Positions 16,593 through 26,446 of a stretch of DNA of 52,426 nucleotides are shown in pieces. This DNA comes from Acidimicrobiia bacterium (lineage in GTDB: Bacteria; Actinomycetota; Acidimicrobiia; IMCC26256; JAENVU01). The notes beneath the pieces are model-generated. The model was not told the DNA's origin. It saw only the letters and a program-made list of their open reading frames with translations, and ran no database searches. A program made the translations under genes and the position numbers. The DNA is taken from NCBI GenBank assembly GCA_009694415.1, contig SHUZ01000001.1:1-52426 (forward strand). The letters are read 5' to 3'. Every line of letters starts with the position of its first letter. The first letter of the stretch is position 1.

Positions 16593-17612
16593 TCAGTGTA
16601 GGGCGCTCGGCAGGGTAACCACCATGCGGCACCCGTGGGGCTCTCTGTGTTCGGGATGGATCTCTCCACCGTGCAGATCAACGATCCAGCGCGCGATTGA
16701 GAGGCCAAGCCCCGCGCCGCCGTCGCTAGATGCTCTCGCTGAGTCAGCACGGTAAAAACGTTCGAATACTCGGCTCGTGTCTTTGTCGGGAATACCTTCA
16801 CCTTCGTCTATCACTTCGATCGTGACGCCACGGCTATTTCGGCGCGCGCGCACTTCTATTACGCAACCGGTAGGCGAGTGGCGAACAGCATTTTCGAGAA
16901 GGTTCGCTACGACTTGATGGACGCGTTCAGGGTCACCGGCTGCGGAAAGATGAGGTTCTTCGACCACCATGGCGATCTCTATTCCGGGTGCGTGGAGCTT
17001 CTGTTCACGTACCGCATGCGCCAGCATCGGTTCAAGCTCAAAGTCCTGCCGGTTAAGAGGCACGATGCCAGCTTCGAGGCGCGAAAGGTCGAGTAGCTGA
17101 GCGACCAGTCGCGTGAGACGTTCCACCTGGGCAAGCATCGTTCGCAGCGTTTCTGGGCTTGCCGTAGCAACTCCATCGACAATGTTCTCGAGGTTCGCTT
17201 GCAGCGCGGTAAGGGGAGTTCTCAACTCGTGACTCACGTTGGCTACCAGGTCTCGCCTAACGCGGTCGGTCTCTGCGAGTTCCGTTGCCATGCCGTTGAA
17301 TGCGCGCGCAAGGCGTCCGACTTCATCGTTGGCTGTGTCGGAAACTCGAATCGAATAGTCGCCGCGCGCCATTGCTTGCGATGCCACCGCCATTTCGCGG
17401 AGCGGCGTCGTCATGCCGCGCGCTAAGAACCGGATGAAAACAAGCGCGACAACCGCGGCGATTGCTCCCGAAATACTGGCCCATAGCCCGAGTATCCGGA
17501 CACCGAACCAGAACACAAAAACCGTGATGCCAACGGCACCAACAATTAGCCCACCAAGTTTCATCTTCACCGAGGTGAGACCTTCGAGCGGACGCTCCGG
17601 CATGTTTCTCAT
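16593..17612 (-). CDS. Sensor histidine kinase (2 TM with minimal loop, HAMP, HisKA, HATPase)
   Basis: 339-aa ORF. H-box VSHELRTPL, N-box NLLENAVRHS, G-boxes DEGEGI and GGAGLGLSI. ATGA overlap with the regulator stop. Confidence 0.9.
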   Translation of the reverse strand: MRNMPERPLEGLTSVKMKLGGLIVGAVGITVFVFWFGVRILGLWASISGAIAAVVALVFIRFLARGMTTPLREMAVASQAMARGDYSIRVSDTANDEVGRLARAFNGMATELAETDRVRRDLVANVSHELRTPLTALQANLENIVDGVATASPETLRTMLAQVERLTRLVAQLLDLSRLEAGIVPLNRQDFELEPMLAHAVREQKLHAPGIEIAMVVEEPHLSAAGDPERVHQVVANLLENAVRHSPTGCVIEVRARRNSRGVTIEVIDEGEGIPDKDTSRVFERFYRADSARASSDGGAGLGLSIARWIVDLHGGEIHPEHREPHGCRMVVTLPSALH

Positions 17613-18355
17613 CGGGCGGGTTCGCCTTCGACGGCGTCTATCGCATACCCAACACCGTGAACCGTGCGGATTAGATCATCGCCGAGTTTGCGACGCACTG
17701 CTCGTACGTGCGAGTCGAGAGTGCGTCCGCCAGACGCGATCTCGTAGCCCCACACGGCAGCGAATAGGTCTTCACGTGTGAACACGGTTCCCGGTTCGGC
17801 TGCCAGGAACGCGACCAAGTCGAATTCGGTCGGCGTCAGGTGGATTACTTTTTCGCCGACGTGCACCTTGCGAGTTGCGAGGTCTAGTTCGATGCGACCG
17901 ATCTTGATCACTCCGACTTCGGAGGTAGAAGGGCCATCGTGACTCCGCTCAAGGTCGACACGTCGAAGTAACGCGTTCACGCGCGCTACGAGTTCGCGAG
18001 CAGAAAATGGTTTCGTTAGATAGTCGTCGGCGCCGATCGTTAGTCCGAGCACTAAGTCTTGTTCGGTATCTCTGGCGGTAAGCATCAGTACAGGCACCGG
18101 TCGGTCCATCTGTATGCGCTTACAAACTTCGATGCCGTCTAATCCCGGCAGCATTAGATCGAGTACCACTAAATCGGGTTGCATTGCATTGCAGCGTTCT
18201 ACGCCGCTCAGTCCGTCGTAAGCGGTCTCGACCATGTACCCCTCAGACCGCAAGCGCGCTGCCACGGCATCTGCGATAGGCGGCTCATCTTCGATTACGA
18301 GAATTGAGCGCACGGGTGTTGCGACTGAACTCACCCTCACAGAATACGGACTCAT
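17609..18355 (-). CDS. OmpR/PhoB-family response regulator
   Basis: The ORF-track 377-aa form has a non-protein-like N-terminus that overlaps msrB. ATG 18355 gives [24 protein letters not shown].., with [14 protein letters not shown] and the wHTH motif RTVHGVGY. Confidence 0.85.
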   Translation of the reverse strand: MSPYSVRVSSVATPVRSILVIEDEPPIADAVAARLRSEGYMVETAYDGLSGVERCNAMQPDLVVLDLMLPGLDGIEVCKRIQMDRPVPVLMLTARDTEQDLVLGLTIGADDYLTKPFSARELVARVNALLRRVDLERSHDGPSTSEVGVIKIGRIELDLATRKVHVGEKVIHLTPTEFDLVAFLAAEPGTVFTREDLFAAVWGYEIASGGRTLDSHVRAVRRKLGDDLIRTVHGVGYAIDAVEGEPAR

Positions 18356-18378
18356 CGGTGCAAACGACCTGTTGTCAG

Positions 18379-18419
18379 CGTGGAGATTGTGTGGAGATTG
18401 CGTGGAGATGCCTGGAGTA
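18379..18419. promoter_or_regulatory. Four direct repeats (G)TGGAGAT with 11/11/10-bp phasing; candidate response-regulator binding array
   Basis: cGTGGAGATTGT GTGGAGATTGC GTGGAGATGCC TGGAGTATGAT. The array lies between the regulator start (18355) and the msrB start (18430). Confidence 0.45.
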
Positions 18420-18429
18420 TGATCGGGAC

Positions 18430-18861
18430 ATGAGCGATCCGGAGCCCGTTGACGCATTTGAGCTCGCCGATGACGAATGGCTGGCGCGTTTAGGTCCTGA
18501 TCGCTATGCGGTTCTGCGGCAACAGGCGACTGAAGGCCCGTACACCGGTGCATACGCGGATTACGCGGATACCGGAGATACGGGTGTGTATAGGTGCGCT
18601 GGCTGTGGCGTAGGCCTGTTCTCCAGCGAGACGAAGTACCACTCTGGATCGGGGTGGCCTTCGTTCTGGATACCGATGAATGACAAGGTCGTAGAGGAAC
18701 GTAGTGACGCGAGTCACGGAATGGTGCGAACCGAGGTTGCATGTAGTCGTTGTGGCGGCCACTTGGGCCACGTTTTTAACGATGGTCCGGCACCTACGGG
18801 TTCGCGTTATTGCATCAATTCGCTAGCGCTGGAGTTCGATAGGAGCGATTCCGAAGCCTAG
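18430..18861 (+). CDS. msrB: Peptide-methionine (R)-S-oxide reductase
   Basis: ATG 18430 ([10 protein letters not shown]..). Two CxxC Zn motifs (CAGCG, CSRCG), GHLGHVF, and the catalytic RYCINS. Confidence 0.9.
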   Translation: MSDPEPVDAFELADDEWLARLGPDRYAVLRQQATEGPYTGAYADYADTGDTGVYRCAGCGVGLFSSETKYHSGSGWPSFWIPMNDKVVEERSDASHGMVRTEVACSRCGGHLGHVFNDGPAPTGSRYCINSLALEFDRSDSEA

Positions 18862-19086
18862 AAAGCGATATTCGTCTGCTACCGTCTGTGCACTTCCGCA
18901 TTTCTAGCGCTTTCGAGCGCCAGCGCGGATGTTCCATCGGGTATGCGTTCTCACTCGCAAGTCGGTTACTGCAGCAACTGCTTCGGTCTACCGGATAAGC
19001 GTCTCGGGGTTCGTTCACCCTTTTCGAGACCTATCCAAATATGCGCCACAGTGGCGCGCGATTTCAGAACCGGAGTTTCCAATACC

Positions 19087-20550
19087 ATGACTTCCACTTT
19101 CGCCGACCTCGGCGTGCCTCAAGGCCTTGTGTCCACACTCAAGGCGCACGGGATTGCTTCCCCATTCCCGATTCAGTCGCTCACACTTGAGGACGGTTGT
19201 GCTGGGCGAGACCTATCTGGCCGTGCGCCGACGGGTTCCGGCAAGACCCTGGCGTTCGGCATCCCGCTCGTCATGCGGCTCGGTAAGGCAGTGCCTAAGC
19301 GGCCTGTCGGACTCGTGCTCGTACCGACGCGTGAGCTTGCTGCCCAGGTAAGTGCTGAACTTGAGTGGCTTGGCCACGGGCGCAAGTTGCGCGTTGCAAC
19401 CGCCTATGGAGGCACAGGGTTCGGCGCACAGCTGAAGGCTCTACGACGCGGCGTCGACGTTCTCGTTGCATGTCCCGGTCGCCTCACGGACCTCATCGAA
19501 CGGCGCGAGGTACGCCTCGACGCGATTGAGATGGTTGTAGTCGACGAAGCCGATCGGATGGCCGACATGGGATTCCTCCCCGTCGTGCAGAAGTTGCTTG
19601 ATCTCACGCCCGAGTCGCGCCAGACGTTGCTTTTCTCGGCAACCCTCGATGGCGCTGTCGACACACTCGTACGTCGGTATCAGAAAGATCCAATCAAACA
19701 CCTGTTGCCCGTTGACACCGAAGAGTTGTCACGCGCAACACATATTTTCTGGCGCGTCGAGAGCGAAGATCGCGTTGGTCTTTGCGCGGATGTTATTTCG
19801 CACGCCGGTCCTACGATCGTCTTTTGTCGGACCAAACGTGGCACGGAGTTGCTCGCGCGTCGGTTAGAAGACGCTGGGGTACAAACTGAAGCGCTTCACG
19901 GCGACCGTTCGCAAGCGCAGAGGGAACGCGCACTCGCTGCTTTCAGCAACGGCCGCGTAGATGCTCTCGTTGCGACTGATGTGGCGGCAAGAGGGATTCA
20001 TGTCGATGGGGTCGCTTGCGTCTTGCACTTTGATCCTCCCAACGACGTCAAGGACTACACACACCGGTCTGGCCGTACCGCACGTGCCGGAGCCGAAGGC
20101 GTAGTCGTTTCATTCGTCGGGCGCGATCGTGCGCGCGACGTTGCGCATATGCAACGCAAACTCGGGTTCGACACAGGGCTTGACCGTCCAAACAGCGACG
20201 CTCTTGCATCCATTACCCCTGGCTCAAAGCGTGAGCACAACGGTTCCCGCGACTCCAAGCGCGAGCACACGGGCCCCCGTGGCTCTAAGCGTGAGAACAA
20301 CGGTTCCCGCAAGGAAACGACTTCCCCTGGGCGTTCCAGCTCCTCACCTAGCGGTGTCATCAAGTGGTTCGATGTGCAAAAAGGTTTTGGGTTCATCGAA
20401 CGTCGCGATGGTTCGGACGTGTTCGTGCACTTCTCCTCGATCGAAGGTTCCGGAGTAAAGCGCTTGTGCGAGGGACAGATCGTGGAGTTCGATGTTGAGT
20501 CCGGACCGAAGGGCGACCAAGCGCTCCGAGTACGCGTGTTGGCAGCCTGA
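19087..20550 (+). CDS. DEAD-box RNA helicase with C-terminal cold-shock domain
   Basis: ATG 19087. Motifs: Q (FPIQ), I (APTGSGKT), II (DEAD), III (SAT), VI ([10 protein letters not shown]). The last ~65 aa, [30 protein letters not shown], form a CspA-type CSD with RNP1/RNP2 motifs. Confidence 0.9.
   Translation: MTSTFADLGVPQGLVSTLKAHGIASPFPIQSLTLEDGCAGRDLSGRAPTGSGKTLAFGIPLVMRLGKAVPKRPVGLVLVPTRELAAQVSAELEWLGHGRKLRVATAYGGTGFGAQLKALRRGVDVLVACPGRLTDLIERREVRLDAIEMVVVDEADRMADMGFLPVVQKLLDLTPESRQTLLFSATLDGAVDTLVRRYQKDPIKHLLPVDTEELSRATHIFWRVESEDRVGLCADVISHAGPTIVFCRTKRGTELLARRLEDAGVQTEALHGDRSQAQRERALAAFSNGRVDALVATDVAARGIHVDGVACVLHFDPPNDVKDYTHRSGRTARAGAEGVVVSFVGRDRARDVAHMQRKLGFDTGLDRPNSDALASITPGSKREHNGSRDSKREHTGPRGSKRENNGSRKETTSPGRSSSSPSGVIKWFDVQKGFGFIERRDGSDVFVHFSSIEGSGVKRLCEGQIVEFDVESGPKGDQALRVRVLAA
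20221..20310 (+). repeat. Three imperfect 30-bp in-frame tandem repeats ([10 protein letters not shown]-type linker)
   Basis: ggctcaaagcgtgagcacaacggttcccgc / gactccaagcgcgagcacacgggcccccgt / ggctctaagcgtgagaacaacggttcccgc, located between the helicase core and the CSD. Confidence 0.9.
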
Positions 20551-20588
20551 CTGATCCTGGTCAAGGGCAGCGCAACTACTCTTCGTCG

Positions 20589-21848
20589 ATGGCTTCACAT
20601 CTAGCCGATGTCTGGTTCAGCGCAACAGATCTTCATGTTGTTTCTGGCGAGGGTTGCACGGTCACGACCGAAGACGGCACTAGATACCTAGATTTCACGA
20701 GTGGAATCGCGGTAACGAGTACTGGACATTGTCATCCGAAGGTTGTTGCGGCGATCCAAGAACAGGCCGCACTCTTTATCCATGCTCAGGTCAACTGTTA
20801 CCGGCATCCGCTCCTCGAACCACTTGGAAAACGTCTTGCCGAAATAACACCCGTCGGGATCGACACGTTCTTCTTCTCGAATTCGGGCGCAGAAGCAACC
20901 GAAGCAGCGGTGAAACTTGCGAAGCAAGTGACGGGACGCCCCAACGTGATTGTGTTCGCTGGTTCATTCCATGGCAGAACACACCAGACCATGGCGATGA
21001 CTACGTCGAAGCATGCTTATCGCGCTGGCCATGCACCCTTGCCTTCCGGCGTGTTCGTCGCTCCGTTCCCGTGTCCGTTGCATGAAGGCGTGAGCGAAGA
21101 GGAGTCCGTGGCGCGCGCTTTGGATGCCACAAATCAGTTGCTTCTCAGTCAGACCGCTCCCGCCGAGACTGCTGCGATGGTTATTGAACCGATTCTTGGC
21201 GAAGGTGGATACCTGCCTGCTCCGGCTTCTTTCCTTCGCGGGCTGAAGGAGATCTGTGACCGTCATGGCATCTTGTTCGTCGCCGACGAAGTGCAGACAG
21301 GTTTCGCTCGCAGCGGAACAATGTTCGCGATCGAACAATCGGGCGTTGTTCCAGATGTGATTGTTATGGCGAAAGGTATTGCTTCTGGTTTCCCAATCTC
21401 TGCGATCGGCGCGTCGGCGGAACTGATGGGACAGTGGCCAAAGGGGAGTCACGGTGGTACATATGGCGGCAACCCGATCGGGTGTGCTGCGGCGCTAGCG
21501 ACGATAGATGTCCTTACCGAATACGGGTTCCTCGAGAACGTGAATGCGCGCGGTGAACAGCTTCGAACTGGACTGCGAGCAATTGGTCAGGAGCATCCGG
21601 TTATCGGAGACGTGCGTGGACCGGGTCTGATGGTCGGTGTCGAGTTCATCGACCCTGTTGGCGGCGCTCGGGATCCGGAAAGGGTCGGGAAAGTGATTAG
21701 CCATGCTCGGGAAACGGGCCACCTTTTGCTCATGAACGCCGGCACGTACGGCAACGTCGTGCGTTTTATGCCTCCGCTAATCGTAAGTGAGGTTGAGATC
21801 GAAACAAGTCTTGAAATAATGCGGGCCGCGTTAGAGGCCACCAGTTAG
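20589..21848 (+). CDS. Class-III PLP aminotransferase (GabT/omega-aminotransferase-like)
   Basis: 419-aa ORF with SGIAVTSTGHCHP, NSGAEATEAAVKLA, DEVQTGFARSG, and the PLP lysine in VMAKGIASG. Confidence 0.9.
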   Translation: MASHLADVWFSATDLHVVSGEGCTVTTEDGTRYLDFTSGIAVTSTGHCHPKVVAAIQEQAALFIHAQVNCYRHPLLEPLGKRLAEITPVGIDTFFFSNSGAEATEAAVKLAKQVTGRPNVIVFAGSFHGRTHQTMAMTTSKHAYRAGHAPLPSGVFVAPFPCPLHEGVSEEESVARALDATNQLLLSQTAPAETAAMVIEPILGEGGYLPAPASFLRGLKEICDRHGILFVADEVQTGFARSGTMFAIEQSGVVPDVIVMAKGIASGFPISAIGASAELMGQWPKGSHGGTYGGNPIGCAAALATIDVLTEYGFLENVNARGEQLRTGLRAIGQEHPVIGDVRGPGLMVGVEFIDPVGGARDPERVGKVISHARETGHLLLMNAGTYGNVVRFMPPLIVSEVEIETSLEIMRAALEATS

Positions 21849-21896
21849 GACTAGGCGCGTTACTTCAGCACCGCATACATCGCAAGGTCGTTCAAG

Positions 21897-22799
21897 TCAG
21901 CTAGCAATCTCGACGCGGCCGTCGGACAGCGATCGTGCTGTTGCTCCCAAGAGTTTCTGAAGGTAAAGACCACGCGCTGCATCGCATGGGTGGCCACCGC
22001 CTCGGCGAGCGGTCTCCACAAGTTCAGATCGCAGAGTTGCGAATGAGCTAGCGCGAGCGCCGAAACGAGCGTCTACTGCGAGGGAGGTGCCGTTTGCTCC
22101 GAACAACTCGACTTCAGTGCGGCTCGGATCAATTGCGGTAGTGCAGGACATCAGCACTTCACTTCGAACGCCACCGCCATGATCAAGAATGACTGAAAGT
22201 TCCCCAAGTGGATCACCGGTCGCCTCTACCGCAACGACCGGACCTAACGCCATGTCGACCAGATCGAGGATATGTGGTCCCACGTCGAGAAGTGCACCTT
22301 CTTCAAGCCTCCACCCACCCGCGAACGCTCCACTTAGGAACGCCCCAGAAATAAAGCAAGCGCGCCCACCTGCGGCTTCAAAATCTTTTGCTTCGCGAAG
22401 GAATTCGCGAACGATCTTGGCGAATCGATAGGTCAACAAGACGACTGATCCGACTCTGGCTTCATCTACCGCGTCCGCGATGCGCTGCGCTCCAGCGATG
22501 TCGGCTGCTAACGGTTTATCGAGAAGCAATGCCTTGCCGGCGCGCGCTGCACGCTCGGCGAGCGCTGGTTGCACCGATGGAGGTACAGCGAGCGCGACGA
22601 GTTCGCAGGAGTCCAATAACTCGTCGAAGGAAGCGAATGCCGGTACTGAGTGTTCCATTGCGAGCGCCTCTGCATTCGCACTCGTACGCGACCAGATCCC
22701 TGCGAGTCTTGTCTCTGGACCGGCGGCGAACATCGGTGCATGAACGGCCCGCGCCCAAGGTCCGGTGCCCGCTAAGCCAACAGATATTGGAGAGTTCAT
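21897..22799 (-). CDS. Gfo/Idh/MocA family oxidoreductase
   Basis: 300-aa ORF. N-terminal Rossmann motif VGLAGTGPWA and LLDKPLA. Confidence 0.75.
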   Translation of the reverse strand: MNSPISVGLAGTGPWARAVHAPMFAAGPETRLAGIWSRTSANAEALAMEHSVPAFASFDELLDSCELVALAVPPSVQPALAERAARAGKALLLDKPLAADIAGAQRIADAVDEARVGSVVLLTYRFAKIVREFLREAKDFEAAGGRACFISGAFLSGAFAGGWRLEEGALLDVGPHILDLVDMALGPVVAVEATGDPLGELSVILDHGGGVRSEVLMSCTTAIDPSRTEVELFGANGTSLAVDARFGARASSFATLRSELVETARRGGGHPCDAARGLYLQKLLGATARSLSDGRVEIAS

Positions 22800-22811
22800 A
22801 AGCGTCGAAGG

Positions 22812-23819
22812 TTACGCGGGAAGTATGAGCGCCGCACCCATGTCGGGAGTGATTTGAACTGCCGTTCCGGCCGCTAGTGGTTCACCGGAACGGATGCTCA
22901 TGGTGCCGTGGATTGTCGTGACGGACACGAGAAAGTGGTCGCGTCGAAAAGTGGATGCTGAAACGACACCGATTATGAGCCCTTCGGGATTGAAGTGCAA
23001 TCCGTCTGGGCGCCATGCGACGCGAATCGGATGCGTAGGACGGGGACCACTGAAGGGTTGGCTACCCCAAGGGAATTTGATTACATCGTTGTCCACCGTA
23101 GCGTCGACGAAAGTAGAGAAACCGAGGAAGTGTGCCGCCGCTTCGGTCTCGGGATGCAGCCATACCTCTTGCGGCGTCCCCTGTTGTTCGACTGTCCCGT
23201 CCCGAAGCAACACGACCTTATCGGCGAGCGCGAACGCTTCATCCTGGTCGTGGGTTACGAACAGAGTCGCGATTCCTACAGAGCGCAATACATCGTGAAG
23301 TTCGCCAACCAAACGCTCGCGCAGCTCACGGTCGAGTGATCCGAACGGTTCGTCCAACATCAGTAGACGCGGTTCCGGCGCAATAGATCGCGCGAGAGCA
23401 ACGCGCTGCTGTTCCCCTCCAGAGAGTTCGTGCACGTGACGCTGCTCGAACCCGCTGAGTCCTACGCGATCCAACGCGGTGCGGGCACGCGACTCGACCA
23501 CATCTTGACTATGGCCGAGCATCCGTAATCCGAATGAGACATTGCCGATCACGTCTCTATGGGCGAACAGTGCGTGATCTTGGAACATCAAACCGAATCG
23601 TCGTTTATGGACGGGCGTTTTTGTCATGTCCGATCCATCCCAACTTACGGTTCCGGTAGTCGGCGTTTCGAGACCCGCGATCGTTCGGAGAAGTGTGCTC
23701 TTGCCGCTGCCGCTAGGGCCGAGGACGCAAACGATCTGGGCTTGGTCGATTCGTAACGAAATATCGGACAGGACACGAGTGTCGCCATAGTGGACCGAAA
23801 GGCCGTTGATGTCGAGCAT
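22812..23819 (-). CDS. ABC importer ATPase (ThiQ/FbpC-like)
   Basis: ATG 23819 (MLDINGLSV..) overlaps the permease stop by 1 nt. Walker A GPSGSGKST, signature LSGGEQQRVALAR, Walker B LLMLDEP. Confidence 0.9.
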   Translation of the reverse strand: MLDINGLSVHYGDTRVLSDISLRIDQAQIVCVLGPSGSGKSTLLRTIAGLETPTTGTVSWDGSDMTKTPVHKRRFGLMFQDHALFAHRDVIGNVSFGLRMLGHSQDVVESRARTALDRVGLSGFEQRHVHELSGGEQQRVALARSIAPEPRLLMLDEPFGSLDRELRERLVGELHDVLRSVGIATLFVTHDQDEAFALADKVVLLRDGTVEQQGTPQEVWLHPETEAAAHFLGFSTFVDATVDNDVIKFPWGSQPFSGPRPTHPIRVAWRPDGLHFNPEGLIIGVVSASTFRRDHFLVSVTTIHGTMSIRSGEPLAAGTAVQITPDMGAALILPA

Positions 23820-25408
23820 CAGAAGACCGTCGCGTGCGGGGATCGTAAGCGTTCGATTGCGAGCACAGAGCCTGCGGTGAGAAACATGAGAAGCGTGCTG
23901 GCTGCCATGGCTTGCGAATACATCTCTTGTCCAGGGCGACCGAGCAGGCGGAAAATAACTACTGGCAATGTCACGGTGTCGGGGCGCACAATGAACAGGG
24001 TCGCGCCGAACTCTCCAAGGGAGATTGCCGCAGCGAAACCGGCCGCGACCAGGGCCGCTCGTAGCCCGATTGGGAAGTCGATCTCGCGCCATACGCGGCT
24101 AGGTCTCGCTCCGAGCACGGCAGCGGCCTCGCGTTGGCGAGGATCTATAGCGGTGAGTACGGGAACCATCAACCAGACAACGAATGGGATTGCGATAAGT
24201 GCATGCGCTATCGGAATAATCGCGGGCGAACTTCGGAGTTCGAACGGCTCTGCATCGAAGGCAATAAGGAATCCAAACCCAACAGTCACTGCAGAAATAC
24301 CGAGTGGCAGCATCACGAGGAGATTGAGTAGGCGTCCCTTGGCTCGCTCGCGGCGACGTACGAGTGCAAATGCGGCGGAGCCTCCAACGAAGACAGCGAG
24401 CACTGTCGCAATCAATGCGTATTGCAATGACGTCCAGACTGAAGATATGGGTGGCTCTGCGAACCCAAAGGTCGTTCTCGTGAGACCGCGATATCCGTCG
24501 AGGCCACCGTCGAACGAGCGCACGACAAGTTGAGTCAGGGGGAGCCCTATGAGAAGGCCAATTACAAAGAGGTTGACACCGAGCATGATTCGCCGCTTTC
24601 CGATCACTGGCAAAGTGTTCTGGTTTGCGGGCCGCAGGGTGGAGAGTGCAATGCGATCGCCGCTCATGCGGTTGCTCACTGCTAACGCGGCGATGACAGC
24701 CCCTAGTTGGAACAGCGAAAGAACTGCTGCTGTTTCCAGGTTGAGGTGTTGCGCCGTTTGCCGGTAAATTTCAGTCTCGATCGTTGCGTAACCAGGGCCA
24801 CCGAGGATCAAGATCACGCCGAAACTTGTGAAACAAAATAGGAAGACAATTGCGGTCGCCGCTCCGATGGCTGGCCGCAATGTTGGAAGAGTGACCGATA
24901 CGAAGGTTCGCACCCTTCCAGCGCCCAATACGCGCGCTGCCTGTTGTTCGCGGTCGTCGATGTGTGACCAGAGGCTTCCTACGGTGCGAACGACGATCGC
25001 GTAGTTGAAGAAAACATGTGCGAGAAGGATCGCCGTCAGCGACCTTGAGACTCCGAGAGAGGTGAACGCTGCACCCACGACGACAGTTGGTAGAACAAAC
25101 GGCACCGTGACCAGAGCGCGAGTCAGTCCTCGACCGCGGAAGCGGTAGCGGCTGAGCACGTAAGCCCCTGGCAGTGCGATCACGAGAGTGATCACCGTCG
25201 ATAGGACGGCCTGCCAAAGCGTGAACCATGCGACCGACCAGAGGGTCGCGTCGTTCAATACGTCGAGCAATGGCGCAAGGTTCAACGCCCCTTCCGGTGC
25301 AAGCCCAAGACGCAGTATGGATAACACCGGCCAGACGAAGAAGATGACGAGAAACAAGACCGGAATCGCGATGAGCACCTGCCGACCCACTCTGGTGCTG
25401 AAGTTCAT
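23819..25408 (-). CDS. ABC importer permease, duplicated two-domain type (ThiP-like)
   Basis: ATG 25408 forms an ATGA overlap with the binding-protein stop. It is ~529 aa with two BPD-transporter halves. Confidence 0.85.
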   Translation of the reverse strand: MNFSTRVGRQVLIAIPVLFLVIFFVWPVLSILRLGLAPEGALNLAPLLDVLNDATLWSVAWFTLWQAVLSTVITLVIALPGAYVLSRYRFRGRGLTRALVTVPFVLPTVVVGAAFTSLGVSRSLTAILLAHVFFNYAIVVRTVGSLWSHIDDREQQAARVLGAGRVRTFVSVTLPTLRPAIGAATAIVFLFCFTSFGVILILGGPGYATIETEIYRQTAQHLNLETAAVLSLFQLGAVIAALAVSNRMSGDRIALSTLRPANQNTLPVIGKRRIMLGVNLFVIGLLIGLPLTQLVVRSFDGGLDGYRGLTRTTFGFAEPPISSVWTSLQYALIATVLAVFVGGSAAFALVRRRERAKGRLLNLLVMLPLGISAVTVGFGFLIAFDAEPFELRSSPAIIPIAHALIAIPFVVWLMVPVLTAIDPRQREAAAVLGARPSRVWREIDFPIGLRAALVAAGFAAAISLGEFGATLFIVRPDTVTLPVVIFRLLGRPGQEMYSQAMAASTLLMFLTAGSVLAIERLRSPHATVF

Positions 25409-26445
25409 CGCAACACGATCTCCGTCCACCGCTCGATCCATTCATCGCGATTGGCGGATATTTCCGACGGAGGTAGCGAGCCCGATGCCGTCGGTGGGGG
25501 AGCGAATTGTTCAAACGCTTCAGGCAGCGGAGTATTGCTGCGCGCTGGGTATACGAACATCGAAGTGGGTACGTCTTTCTGGAATTGTTCTGAGACGAGA
25601 AAGTCGATGAGTGCACGAGCTTCCTTCGGGTGCTTGGCGCCTTTCAGGATTCCTGCCATCTCGATCTGTCGAAAGCATGTGGTGTCTATGTTGCCGGTGG
25701 GCGCAACGGTTATGGGTGGATCTGCGAACATCACTTCGGCAGCGGGACTGGTGGCGTAACTGACGACCAGTGGCCTTGATCCCTTGCCTGCTGAACCAGA
25801 GAACTCCGTGTTGTATGCCTGCTCCCAACCATCGACGACGAGCACGTCGTTGTCGCGCAAGCGTTTCCAGTAGTTCTGCCAACCGTGTTTGTCGGAGCTA
25901 GCGATCGTGGCGAGCAGAAATGCCAGGCCAGGAGATGAAGTGGCTGGGTTCTCAACAACGAGAAGTCCCCGAAAGCGCGGGTCAAGCAAGTCCGCGAGGT
26001 TTTTCGGCGGGTCAATGCCGCGTTTCGCGAACCAGGTGATGTCTGTATTGATGCAGACGTCACCCCAGTCGATGGGGGTTGCGTGGTGCGTTGGATCGAT
26101 GCGCAGCGCGGGAGATACATCATCTAGGCCGAGCGCTTTGTGCGGCACAAAAATATTCGCGTCCAGCGCTCGCGCGAGGAACGTGTTGTCTACGCCGAAA
26201 AGCACATCGCCAAGGGGCGCGCCTTTGGTGAGGATCGCTTGGTTGAGAACTTCCCCAGCGTCACCTCCCTTGAGAACCCGCACATCGATTCCCGACTCGC
26301 GTTCGAAAGCCTTGAGTACGGGCGCAGAAATCGCAAATGAGTCATGGGTGACGAGCGTGACCGACTTGGAATTCGTCATTCCGTTCGAACATGACATGGC
26401 CAACAAGGCGGTGGCGAAAGTGGAGATGTACATGCGCAGGTTCAT
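25405..26445 (-). CDS. Thiamine/TPP ABC transporter substrate-binding lipoprotein (ThiB/TbpA-like)
   Basis: ATG 26445 lies after a GGAGGGGG RBS. Signal/lipobox MNLRMYISTFATALLAMSC; VTLVTHDSFA is typical of ThiB. Confidence 0.8.
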   Translation of the reverse strand: MNLRMYISTFATALLAMSCSNGMTNSKSVTLVTHDSFAISAPVLKAFERESGIDVRVLKGGDAGEVLNQAILTKGAPLGDVLFGVDNTFLARALDANIFVPHKALGLDDVSPALRIDPTHHATPIDWGDVCINTDITWFAKRGIDPPKNLADLLDPRFRGLLVVENPATSSPGLAFLLATIASSDKHGWQNYWKRLRDNDVLVVDGWEQAYNTEFSGSAGKGSRPLVVSYATSPAAEVMFADPPITVAPTGNIDTTCFRQIEMAGILKGAKHPKEARALIDFLVSEQFQKDVPTSMFVYPARSNTPLPEAFEQFAPPPTASGSLPPSEISANRDEWIERWTEIVLR

Positions 26446-26446
26446 G

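Noticed and set aside
17609-18742. Long N-terminal extensions in ORF-track entries: response regulator 377 aa, ABC ATPase 426 aa, SDR 374 aa, thiolase 451 aa, DrrA 378 aa, LEH 162 aa, helicase 535 aa, SNase 386 aa.
   Set aside because: The extensions are Arg/Ser/Pro/His-rich. They overlap neighbouring genes or the opposite-strand CDS. Internal starts give canonical family N-termini, often with a stop-start overlap to the upstream gene.
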